A program made the position numbers and the translations under genes. Positions 1 through 10,779 of a stretch of DNA of 64,000 bases are shown here, in pieces. This DNA is from Squalus acanthias (Eukaryota), in contig CM059432.1 of NCBI GenBank assembly GCA_030390025.1, positions 113,400,001 through 113,464,000 on the forward strand. The letters run 5' to 3'. Position 1 is the stretch's first letter, and every line of letters starts with the position of its first letter. Below the pieces are notes generated by a model. That model was not told the origin of the DNA. It saw nothing but the letters and a program-made list of their open reading frames with translations, and did not search any database.

Positions 1-3000
1 GCCTTAACTACAGTCAAGCAATTTAAGAGGCCACAGGTGAACTCTATTAGGGAGGTCTTTATCCCTGACGATCAATCTGATGACTTCACTGATGAAGAGG
101 ATGATGACCCCACTGTGGCAGCCTCTTGGCAATCTAAGAAATGCTTCTTTTGTGGTGATGAGTTCCACCCTCGGAAATTCTGCCCTGCTCGCAATGCGTT
201 TTGCAGTCATTGCAACAAAAAGGGTCATTTTGCAAAGGTTTGCCTATCAAGAGCCTCTACAAGGGCTTATCAAGCTAAGTCCTACCGAACTGCCCCGGTA
301 AGGGCCTATCAAGATGTTCCGGCTAAAATCTATCGTGCTTCCTCTCGAAGAAACACACCTAGAGTTTCAGCCACTCTTTGTGCAACGACACCAATTACAG
401 CTGCTTGTCCTCAGAACCTATTCCATGCAGCTACAAAAGCATCAATTAATGGACATACTTTAGATGCCTTAATTGACTCAGGTAGCACTGATAGTTTCAT
501 TAGGGAACAGATTGTTGCAGAGTTAAAGCTACATGTTTTCCCATCGGACCAGGCAGTTGCGATGGCTCAGTCATCACTTAATACCAGAATTTCTGGCTTT
601 TGTATGGTTGAAATAACACTTAATGGTCGCAGGTATCCCTCCACCCGGCTTTCGGTGCTCAAGGACTTATGTAGTGATCTTATCTTAGGGCTGGATTTTC
701 AAAAGCAGCATAAGAAGCTCACCATTGAGTTCGGCGGATCCAAACCTGAACTCACTATTTCTAATACACTACCTCGATTACCGTTCTGTGCATTGTCAGC
801 AGCTTCACTGGATGATCCCTCACTGTTTTCCAGTATCCCTCCTCGATGCAAACCGATTATAACAAAGTCACGACGTTTCAGTCAGGAAGACCAGTCTTTT
901 ATTGCGGCTGAGATTTCTCGGCTTTTAGCAGAGGATATCATCGAGCCTTGTTCGTCGCCATGGCGCGCCCAGGTCGTTATTGTTAAAAACCCTCTACAAC
1001 CTCACAAGAAACGGCTGTGCATTGACTATTCACAGACCATCAATCAATATACGGACTTGGACGCATACCCATTGCCGCGCATCGATGATATGGTTAATAA
1101 ATTGGCTGAGTACACGGTGTTCTCAACATATGATCTAAAAAGTGCCTATCATCAGGTACCCTTGAAGGTCTCAGACAAGCAGTATACGGCCTTTGAAGCC
1201 AATGGACGGCTGTATCAATTTCGTCGCCTCCCCTTTGGGGTCACTAATGGAGTGGCTGTCTTCCAGCGAGCAATGGATGACCTGGTCAAACAGGAAGACT
1301 TGAAGGATACGTTTCCTTATCTGGACAATATTACTGTCGCAGGTCGCAATCAGCGGGAACATGACGCCAATCTCCAACGATTTTGGGATGCACTCCAGCA
1401 CTGTAATTTGACATTAAATGCGGCTAAATCCATTGAGTCACAACCAACCATCAACATCCTTGGCTATTGTGTGGGCAATGGCATCATTAAACCTGACCCT
1501 GAAAGGCTTCGCCCACTCCAAGAACTCCCGCCACCTAAGAATCCGGCCTCCTTGCGCCGGGCCCTCGGCCTGTTTGCATACTATGCTAAATGGATTCCTA
1601 ACTTCTCGGACCGAATCCAACCTCTACTGAAGGCCAGCACATTCCCACTAGACACAGCGGCTGTTGCAGCCTTTAACCTCCTGAAAAAACAGTTGGAGAA
1701 AGCGACTCTTCACTCCATCGATGAGAGTCTTCCTTTTGTCGTTGAGTGTGATGCCTCGGAGGTGGCGATCTCGGCCACTCTGAATCAGGAAGGTCGTCCG
1801 GTGGCATTTTTGTCCAGGACTTTTCAAGGGGCTGAGCTACATTATCCTCCAGTCGAGAAAGAAGCTACAGCCATCATAGAGGCAGTACGGAAGTGGAGTC
1901 ATCTCCTAGCTCGCCAGCACTTTACCTTAATCACGGACCAGCGATCGGTCGCCTTCATGCTCGATAATCGAAAACGGACCAAAATTAAAAATAATAAAAT
2001 CCAGCTTTGGCGGCTGGAATTGGCCTCTTTTGGTTACACCATCCACTATCGACCTGGCAAGGAGAATGTGGCTCCAGATACCTTCACACGAGCATTCTGC
2101 TCCGCCATGGCACCCTCTACGCTCGTAGACATCCATGATGGGTTGTGTCATCCGGGCGTTACTCGCATGCTACACTTCGTGCGGTCCCGAAATCTCCCAT
2201 TCTCTACCGGGGATGTAAAGAAGATGTGTTCGGACTGCAGAGTCTGTGCGGAATTGAGACCTCGGTTTTTCCGCCCCTCGGGTGGTATACTCATACATGC
2301 GACCCAGCCAATACAACGGCTTAGCATCGATTTTAAGGGGCCGTTGCCCTCTTCAACTCGCAACACTTATCTATTGACCATGGTCGATGAGTATTCCCGT
2401 TTTCCGTTTGCCTTTCCCTGCCCCAATATGCTGACGACCACGGTTATCAGCTGCCTTGAGCAGGTATTTGCTTTCTGTGGCATGGCATCCTATGTTCATT
2501 CGGATCGGGGCCCTTCTTTTATGTCAGGAGAACTCAAGGCCTATCTCTCGGAACGGGGTATTGCTGCCAGCAAAACGACGCCTTATCATCCGGTCGGGAA
2601 TGGGCAAGTCGAGCGTTTTAACGCTATCATCTGGAATGCGGTACGTCTGGCTTTGAGATCTCGGGGCCTACCCAACCAGCAATGGGAAGCAGTACTTCCA
2701 GACGCATTACACTCCACACGGTCCCTCCTTTCGACCGCCACAAATACGACGCCTCATGAACGGTTCTTCCGATTTCAGCGTCGCTCATCCTATGGGATAT
2801 CTCTCCCGTCGTGGCTGACTGCACCGGGACCAGTGCTACTCCGAAGATATGTCCGGGCATCTAAGAATGACCCCCTGGTAGATGAGGTTGAGCTCACTGA
2901 CATCAACCCTACCTACGCCTATATTCGGTATCCTGACGGTCGGGAATCTACCGTGTCATTGCGGGATCTGGCTCCCTGCCCGCCGAAACATAGTGGGACA

Positions 3001-3390
3001 CCAGGGGATGATATTGTACCAGGCACATCTCTGGGCTCGCCAGGTGCCTCTCATCACGATCTGGATCTGACGCCGGCTGGTACCTCACTCCAGCGTGCCG
3101 ACCTGTGGCAGACTGACTATGAGCCCATCGGGGCTCGCACGCGCAGCCACGATCCACCCTGTACCGTACGCTCGGAAACGGATCTGCCACAGCCCTGCCC
3201 GACACCCGTTCGGGCACCAGTACACAGTCAGGATCGTCCTGACCCCTCACAGAGCGGGCTGGATCACTCGGACTCTGGTCCACGGCCCGCGGCGGGTAAA
3301 CGGGCTAGGGGCCCTCTACCGCTACGAGAACCCAAACGGGTGCGGCTCTCCCTCGTCCAGCGGCTACGAAATGGAGGGAGAATGTGGTAA
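1..3390 (+). CDS. Ty3/Gypsy LTR retrotransposon Gag-Pol polyprotein, uninterrupted; frame is open to the window start, so the 5' end lies outside
   Basis: Two CX2CX4HX4C zinc knuckles, aspartic protease LIDSG, RT (YDLKSAYHQ, LPFG, YLDN), RNase H (CDAS, EKEA, TDQ), integrase zinc finger (H..H..CSDCRVC) and catalytic core (SIDF, HSDRG, GQVER) in PR-RT-RH-IN order. Confidence 0.97.
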   Translation, partial: ALTTVKQFKRPQVNSIREVFIPDDQSDDFTDEEDDDPTVAASWQSKKCFFCGDEFHPRKFCPARNAFCSHCNKKGHFAKVCLSRASTRAYQAKSYRTAPVRAYQDVPAKIYRASSRRNTPRVSATLCATTPITAACPQNLFHAATKASINGHTLDALIDSGSTDSFIREQIVAELKLHVFPSDQAVAMAQSSLNTRISGFCMVEITLNGRRYPSTRLSVLKDLCSDLILGLDFQKQHKKLTIEFGGSKPELTISNTLPRLPFCALSAASLDDPSLFSSIPPRCKPIITKSRRFSQEDQSFIAAEISRLLAEDIIEPCSSPWRAQVVIVKNPLQPHKKRLCIDYSQTINQYTDLDAYPLPRIDDMVNKLAEYTVFSTYDLKSAYHQVPLKVSDKQYTAFEANGRLYQFRRLPFGVTNGVAVFQRAMDDLVKQEDLKDTFPYLDNITVAGRNQREHDANLQRFWDALQHCNLTLNAAKSIESQPTINILGYCVGNGIIKPDPERLRPLQELPPPKNPASLRRALGLFAYYAKWIPNFSDRIQPLLKASTFPLDTAAVAAFNLLKKQLEKATLHSIDESLPFVVECDASEVAISATLNQEGRPVAFLSRTFQGAELHYPPVEKEATAIIEAVRKWSHLLARQHFTLITDQRSVAFMLDNRKRTKIKNNKIQLWRLELASFGYTIHYRPGKENVAPDTFTRAFCSAMAPSTLVDIHDGLCHPGVTRMLHFVRSRNLPFSTGDVKKMCSDCRVCAELRPRFFRPSGGILIHATQPIQRLSIDFKGPLPSSTRNTYLLTMVDEYSRFPFAFPCPNMLTTTVISCLEQVFAFCGMASYVHSDRGPSFMSGELKAYLSERGIAASKTTPYHPVGNGQVERFNAIIWNAVRLALRSRGLPNQQWEAVLPDALHSTRSLLSTATNTTPHERFFRFQRRSSYGISLPSWLTAPGPVLLRRYVRASKNDPLVDEVELTDINPTYAYIRYPDGRESTVSLRDLAPCPPKHSGTPGDDIVPGTSLGSPGASHHDLDLTPAGTSLQRADLWQTDYEPIGARTRSHDPPCTVRSETDLPQPCPTPVRAPVHSQDRPDPSQSGLDHSDSGPRPAAGKRARGPLPLREPKRVRLSLVQRLRNGGRMW

Positions 3391-3454
3391 CACAATACAG
3401 CTTCCTGTGACTCGAACTTCATCCCGGCCTCCTAATCTTTTGAGGGGGGGAGAA

Positions 3455-3648
3455 TGTGGTAACACAATACAGCTTCCTGTGACTCGAACTTTATTGCATC
3501 ACTTCCTGTGATTAGTCCAGGATAAATACTGGACTGATCAGTTGGATCCTGGAGAGGCATAGAGTAAGACCTCTTTTGTATGTAGCACCTTTTTAGTTGA
3601 TTAAAGCTTACTTTAAGTTCACCACGCGTAAGGCTCATTCTTACGACA
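3455..3648 (+). mobile_element. 3' LTR (194 bp) of the Gypsy element, preceded by a polypurine tract
   Basis: PPT GAGGGGGGGAGAA at 3442-3454; termini TGTGGTAA...TTACGACA (imperfect inverted repeat); LINE sequence ATTACCACCTAC resumes at 3649. Confidence 0.85.
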
Positions 3649-6600
3649 ATTACCACCTACCGCCCTCCCTCAGCTGATGAATCAGTACTCCTCCATGTTG
3701 AACACCACTTGGAAGAAGCACTGAGAGTAGCAAGGGCACAGAATGTACTCTGGGTGGGGGACTTCAATTTTCATCACCAAGAGTGGCTCGGTAGCACCAC
3801 TACTGACCAAGCTGGCCATTTCCTGAAGGACATTACTGCCAGTCTGGGCCTGCGACAGGTGGTGAGTGAACCAACATGAGGGAAAAACCTACTTGACCTC
3901 GTCCTCACCAATCTCCCTGTCGCAGATGCATCTGTCCATGACAGCATTGGTAGCAGTGACCACCGCACTGTCATTGTGGAGACGAAGTCCCGTCTTCATA
4001 CTGAGGACACCCTCCATCGTGTTGTGTGGCACTAACACCGTGCTAAATGGGATAGATTCAAAACAGATCTAGCAGCTCAAAACTGGGCATCCATGAGGCG
4101 CTGTGGGCCATCAGCAGCAGCAGAATTGTATTCCCACCACAATCTGTAACCTCATGGCCCGGCATATCCCTCACTCTACCATTACCACCAAGCCAGGGGA
4201 CCAACCCTGGTTCAATAAGGAGTGCAGAAGAGCATGTCAGGAGCAGCACCAGGCGTACCTAAAAATGAGGTGCCAACCTGGGGAAGCTGCAACACAGGAC
4301 TACATGCATGCTAAAAAGCAGCAGCAGCATGCTATAGACAGGGTTAAGCGATCCCACAATCAATGGATCAGATCAAAGCTCTACAGTCCTGCCACATCCA
4401 GTCGTGAATGGTGGTGGACCATTAAACAACTAACGGGAGGAGGAGGCTCCAAGAATATCCCCATCCTCAATGATGGTGGAGCCCAGCACGTGAGTGCAAA
4501 ACACAAGGCTGAAGCGTTTGCAACCAACTTCAGCCAGAAGTGCCGAGTGGATGATCCATATCGGCCTACTCCCGAGGTCCCCACCATCACAGAAGCCAGT
4601 CTTCAGCCAATTTGATTTACTCCACGTGATATCAGGAAATGGCTGAGCGCACTGGATACAGCAAAGGCTATGGGCCCTGACAACATCCCGGCTATCGTGC
4701 TGAAGACTTGTGCTCTAGAACTAGCCGCGCCTCAAGCCAAGCTGTTGTAAAGTTTCGCAATTATCGCGATTCAAAATAACATAAGAGAAGCAGATTCGTT
4801 TGATCAGTTTTATTAAACGAAATGCTGTCCTGATTATAAAGGACACAGAAGCCTGTAAAATGGCCGCCGCGCATCGTGGCAGAAGCTTCCAGAAACACAG
4901 TGGGCAGACAAGATGGCGTCGAATATACATTTCAGTATAAGATTGGATCATACTTGGTAAACACTGATAAAGACAGGATGCAACCCGTTTGCATTTGGAA
5001 CAATAGCAAAGATATGAGTGCTGGAATCGTTTTCCTATGCACAGTAAGGATCATTGTACTGGGCAATCGAAGGCCCATCCAGACACATCAATACACAAAT
5101 ACCCCCCCGGCTCTACAATGAGAGAGACATTGACGGGTGATTAAGTCGGTATTCGGGGGCCCCCAAAACCAGTCAGGGAGACGATTCATACACATCCTGG
5201 CTGGTCCAACAATGGGGAAAACATTAACGGATAGTTGGTCAGTTTCAGGTGCTACCGAAACCCGTTAAAGAAGATAATCGCCCCATGCTGGGAGTTTTGA
5301 GCGCCAAATATTACACAAAGGACAAACATTAAGATTTGAGCGGGAGATAAGGAGGACACATCACTATAACTATAGAGAACAAATGTCCATCGGTCTCTTA
5401 TCTCTGCTGACTCTTGACTCGAGCTGAACTCTTATCCCTATCCTCTGGTATCACTCTGCTGGACGAGCAGCCTCTTGATTTTCTCTCTGGACTTTGTTGA
5501 CTCTTGACTCTTAGCCGTACTGGTCGGTTATTCGAGTATTGGGTGGAGCTCAATCGGTACGAGCCGCCCCGACAAGGGCAAGCAACAGGGTACACCATCC
5601 CGAGTGTCGGTAAACGGTGTCTGGACCCGGAGGCCCGAGGAGACGAGACGAGAAGAAGACGAGAAGAAGACGAGAAGAAATTCCACGTGCCGCCATGGTC
5701 AGTAAACCCCGACCGTGCCCGAAAATATAAATACAGGACTCTTCTTTGAGTTCTACCGACTACAACCTGTGTCGAACACAGGAAGACTCTTCTTTGAATT
5801 TTATCCGAGTTCCGTCGAGTTCTTCATGACAACAGGGAGTCTGGCCTGCTTTTCGCAGCAGCGAAAGTAAACAAGTGAGGTGCAGAGACCCTTCCAAACA
5901 CGTGACAGTCAGGCGCTGCAGCGAAACGAGCTGAGTGCCTCACTTTAAAATCTCCGAAGTAACACGAGTGGTGAGCATGTTTTACGATCCTACAAATCTA
6001 GACGTAGTGTAGGTATTATTAAGGGAGGGTGGTTTTAACAAGGTTAAGATATAATGTGTTCCCCTTTCTACGATGTGCCGTGTGTTCTCCATTTCCACAG
6101 ACCAAGCTTTATGAATGTATGTATACTTGTACTATCGTTGATTTGCGCCTATGACATGTATTTCATGATTTTAGACGCCATGCAATAAAGATTTCCATTT
6201 CGTACTATTCAACCGGGTCTATTTGAGTTTTCTCTGCATTACTGCTCCCTGCACCTAAGTCCAGTGTTAGAACCGTAAGGGCGAGTGGGTCGAACCACTC
6301 ACAGGTGCTTATTGCAAAAGGCTGGCAGGAGACCAGAGCAAGCAATAGTATTAGGCAACGAAGGCCTAACCTCGCACCAGCACCGTCTGAGACATGCCCC
6401 CTTGCACTGTTCCAGTACAGCTACAACACTGGCATCTATCCGACAATCTGGAAAACTGCCCAGGTATGTCCTGTCCACAAAAAGCAGGACAAATCCAATC
6501 CGGCCAATTACCGCCCCATCAGTCTACTCTCAATCATCACCAAAGTGATGGAAGGTGTCATCGACAGTGCTATCAAGCGGCACTTACTCACCAATAACCT

Positions 6601-7870
6601 GCTCACTGATGCCCAGTTTGGGTTCCGCCAAGACCACTCGGCTCCCGACCTCATTACAGCCTTGGTCCAAACATGGACAAAGGAGCTGAATTCCAGAGGT
6701 GAGGTGAGAGTGACTGCCCTTGACATCAAGGCAGCATTTGACCGAGTGTGGCATCAAGGAGCCCTAGTAAAACTGAAGTCAATGGGAATCAGGGGAAAAC
6801 TCTGCACTGGCTGGAGTCATACCTAGCACAAAGGAAGATGGTTGTGGTGGTTGAAGGTCAATCATCTCAGCCCCAGGACAACACTGTATGGGTTCCTCAG
6901 GGCAGTTTACTAGGCCCAACCATCTTCAGCTGCTTCATCAATGACCTTCCCTCCAACATAAGGTCAGAAATGGGGATGTTTGCTGATGACTGCACAGTGT
7001 TCAGTGCCATTCACAACTCCTCAGATAATGAAGCAGTCCATGCCCGCATGCAACAAGACCTGGACGACGTTCAGGCTTGGGCTGATAAGTGGCAGGTAAC
7101 ATTCACGCCACAGAAGTGCCAGGCAATGACTATCTCCAATAGGCGAGAGTCTAACCACCTCCCCTTGACATTCAATGGCATTACTATCGCCGAATCCTCC
7201 ACTATCAACATCCTGGGGGTCACCATTAACCAGAAACTTAACTGGACCAGCCACATAAATACTGTGGCAACAAGAGCAGGTCAGAGGCTAGGTATTCTGC
7301 GGTGAGTGTCTCACCTCCTGACTCCCCAAAGCATCCCACCATCTACAAGGCACAAGTAAGGAGTGTGATGGAATACTCTCCACTTGCCTGGATGAGTGCA
7401 GCTCCAACAACTCTGAAGAAGCTTGACACCATCCAGGACAAAGCAGCCTGCTTGATTGGCACCCCATCCACCACCTTAAACATTCACTCCCTCCACCACC
7501 GGCGTACCGTGGCTGCAGTGTGTACCATCTACAAGATGCACTGCAGCAACTCACCAAGGCATCTTCGGCAGCACCTCCCAAACCCGCACCCTCTACCACC
7601 TAGAAGGACAAGGGCAGCAGGCGCATGGGAACACCACCACCTCCAAGTTCCCCTCCAAGTCACACACCATCCTGACTTAGAAGTATATTGCCGATCCTTC
7701 ATCGTTGCTGGGTCAAAATCCTGGAACTCCCTCCCTAACAGCACTGTGGGAGTACCTTCACCACACGGACTGCAGCGGTTCAAGAAGGCAGCTCACCACC
7801 ACCTTCTCGAGGGCAACTAGGAATGGGCAATAAATGCCGGCGTTGCCAGCGATGCCCAGATCCAATAAGC
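3649..7870 (+). mobile_element. Single-ORF APE-RT non-LTR retrotransposon (CR1/L2 group), copy A, frameshifted and interrupted by a solo LTR at 4746-6406
   Basis: Endonuclease motifs (WVGDFN, LDLVL, SDH), RT motifs (NYRPISLL, QFGFR, DIKAAFD, PQGS, FADD); colinear with 39930-42480. Confidence 0.93.
4746..6406. mobile_element. Solo LTR, 1661 bp
   Basis: TGTAA...TTGCA termini; 4-bp TSD CTGT (4742-4745 and 6407-6410); flanks rejoin exactly to the LINE sequence CAAGCTGTTCCAGTAC; AATAAA near 6184; no recognisable ORF. Confidence 0.85.
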
Positions 7871-8359
7871 ACATTTTTTTTTAAAATTCTATTTGTACAA
7901 AAATATCTGTTCAATTTAGGACGTTCTTTTGTTAAAAATTTAAAACAAGCTTACCTTTCAGCCCTGAAGATTTGGTCTGATGTGATGGTCTTGTTTTGTT
8001 GTGCAGAGCATGACAAAACAACAGAGAGAATGCTTCGTGCCAGCTATCATTGTGATGCATGGCAGACAGTTGTGAAAGGTGGAAGCCTTGTACAATGACT
8101 GCTTGTTACAGAGTGGTGGAGAGATTTGCTTTATTCAATTATATTTTGGTCCAGTGAGATCAATGTGGTGGATAGAAAGGGTCTATTTGTTAGTTATTTC
8201 CGAAGAATGAACAGTGAAAGCTGCTACGTTTACAGCTAGCACTTGGTGGTGCTGTAAAAGATTGTATATATCGATTCAGTTTTTTTTAAATGATAGTGGC
8301 TCATAGGAATGCTGTTACAGCTAGCTTGTTAGCTCATGTACATGAATCAAATTTTATAC

Positions 8360-10330
8360 CTTAGAATTGTAGAGTAGTACAGCACAGAAAGAGGCCATTT
8401 GGCCCATCGAGTCTGCGCCGGCTCTTTCAAAGAGCAATCCAGTCAGTCCCATTCCCCCGCTCTTTCCCCATATCCCTGCAATTTTTTCTCTTTCAAGAAT
8501 TTATCCAATTCCCTTTTGAAGGCTACTATTGAATCTGTATCCACCACGCTATCAGGCAGCGCATTCCAAATCCTAACCCACTCGTTGCGTAAAAAAGTTT
8601 TCCCTCATGTCACCTCTGGTTCTTTTGCCAATCACCTTAAATCTGTGTCCTCGAGTTATCGACCCTTCAACCATTGGAAAGAGTTTCTCTTTATTTACTC
8701 TGTCTAAACTCTTCATGATTTTAAACACCTCTATCAAATCTCCTCTTAGCCTTCTCTGCTCTAAGAAGAACAACCCCAGCTTCTCCAGTCTATCCACGTA
8801 ACTGTAATCCCTCATCCCTGGAACCATTCTAGTAAATCTCTTCTGTACCCTCTCCAAAGCCTTCACGTCCTTCCTAAAGTGTGGTGCCCAGAATTGGACA
8901 CAATACTCCAGCTGGGGCCAAACTAATGTTTTATAAAGGTTTAGCATAACTTCCTGGCTTTTGTACTCTATGGGTTGGATTTTCATTGACCCGTGGAGGC
9001 GGGTTTCGAGGCGTGTGGGGGGTTAAAGTTGCAGATTCGGGGGTCCCGAACCCATCCCGCCCCAACCCGCCTCCATGCCAGTTTCGCTGGAGGCGGGTAC
9101 CCGACCTGTGCTGGGACCCACCTCCCCGAGGCGGGAAGGGGATTAGTGACAATTAACTGCCTGTTAACAGGCAGTTTTTTGCCGAATCCCTATTTTAAAA
9201 GCTGAAATGTGGGCTTCCCGACAGGTCCCAACCACGCCAAGTTAGCGAGGCGGACCGTGGGTCTGCAGGGGTTGGAGGGGTCGATATGTCCGGTGGGCAG
9301 GTGAGTGATGGGTGCATGTGTGCAGAGGTAAGTGTGTAAGGTAAGTGTAAAGTGTGGAAAAATGTTTTACTTACCTTAACTTCCTCCTGCAGGTGTCAGC
9401 CCTTCAGTTCTCAGGAGTCAGAAATCTCACCGGCACAGAAAGCACAATGGCCATTGATTTGTCAAAAATTGCAGCCTTCTGCTTTCTGTGCTGGAATGAT
9501 TTCTAACTCAGCCTGAGAGGAAGGACTCAAGTTAGAAGACAGATTGTCAGTGTTTGACAGCTTCACAGAGCTGTCAAACGCTGATATTTCATCTGTCAAA
9601 AGCTCTTGACAGATGAATTGTCAATCTGTGATGTCACCTGTTGCCGGGTGGCCCTTGATTGGCCTGCTGAGCTCGCTGGGCGGGCTCAACAAGGTCAATC
9701 AAGTGAAAATACAGTGGGTTGGCCACAAGTCGATGGAGGCGGGACTACAACCCAAAAAGTGGGAGTCCCGCCTCCATCTCGTCCCCAGTATCAAAATCCA
9801 GCCCAATGTATCACCTCACACATTTCTGCATTGAATTTCATCTGCCATGTGTCCGCCCATTCCACCAGCCTGTCTATGTCCTCTTGAAGTCTATTACTAT
9901 CTTCCTCACTGTTAACTACACTTCCAAGTTTCATGTCATCTGCAAATTTCAAAATTGTGCCCTGTACCCCCAAGTCCAAGTCATAAATGTATATCACAAA
10001 CAGCAGTGGTCCTAGTACTGAACCTTGGGGAACTCCACGGTATACCTCCCTCCAGTCCGAAAAACAACCATTCACCACAACTCTGTTTTCTATCACTTAG
10101 CCAATTTTGTACCCATGCTGCTACTGCCCCTTTTATCCCATGGGCTTCAATTTTACTAACAAGTGGTACTTTATAAAATGCCTTTTGAAAGTCCGTATAC
10201 ACAACATCAACTGCACTGCCCTCATCCACCCTCTCTGCTACCTCATCAAAAAACTCAATCAAGTTAGTCAAACACAATTTTCCCTTTATTAGTCCATGCT
10301 TGTCCAAGTTGCTGTTAATTTTCTCCCGGA
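8360..10330 (-). mobile_element. CR1 (HER1-type) LINE 3' portion, interrupted by a MITE at 8972-9804
   Basis: [21 protein letters not shown] and LEYCVQFWAP...RRLRGDLIEVFK peptides; CR1 3' tail at about 8360-8430. Confidence 0.93.
8972..9804. mobile_element. Non-autonomous PIF/Harbinger-type element (MITE)
   Basis: TIRs GGGTTGGATTTT / AAAATCCAGCCC; flanked by TAT and AAT; both ends match the element at 49253-51771 in reverse orientation. Confidence 0.8.
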
Positions 10331-10779
10331 TTATTTTGATTCTATGGCCTAGAAATTCGCAGTCTTACCGCTGGCTGTTAAGGCCTGATTCTGTCCAGTG
10401 CAAGCGGGTCCCGAAACAGCCGCCATTTTCTGCTGGGCGGCAGCACTGCCAATGTCCGCACTCACTATCATTATGGAGATTATGCAGATCGTGACGTCAG
10501 TGTGTGTGCAACGCTCACTTGACACCCGATCTGCCATTTTGGACTGCGCCACTCAACTTACCGACCTGTGTCAATTGCGAACAGCTGAGCAAGCATTGAG
10601 AAGCAGGAAGGAGGCTCCAGCAGCGGTCTTTAAAGGGATCATCAGCAACTATTTGCAGCTGACATGTTTCTGCAGTCTGACTGGCTCTGTGGAACTTTCT
10701 GCAACTCCAGCAGCTTTATTAACTTTTTTCAAGGTCTTCGGTAACAGGGAGTGTTGTTGCAAGGCTTCTGCTCACAGTC

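Noticed and set aside
7900..8340. Possible host exon in unique sequence
   Set aside because: No recognisable peptide and no convincing donor/acceptor pair
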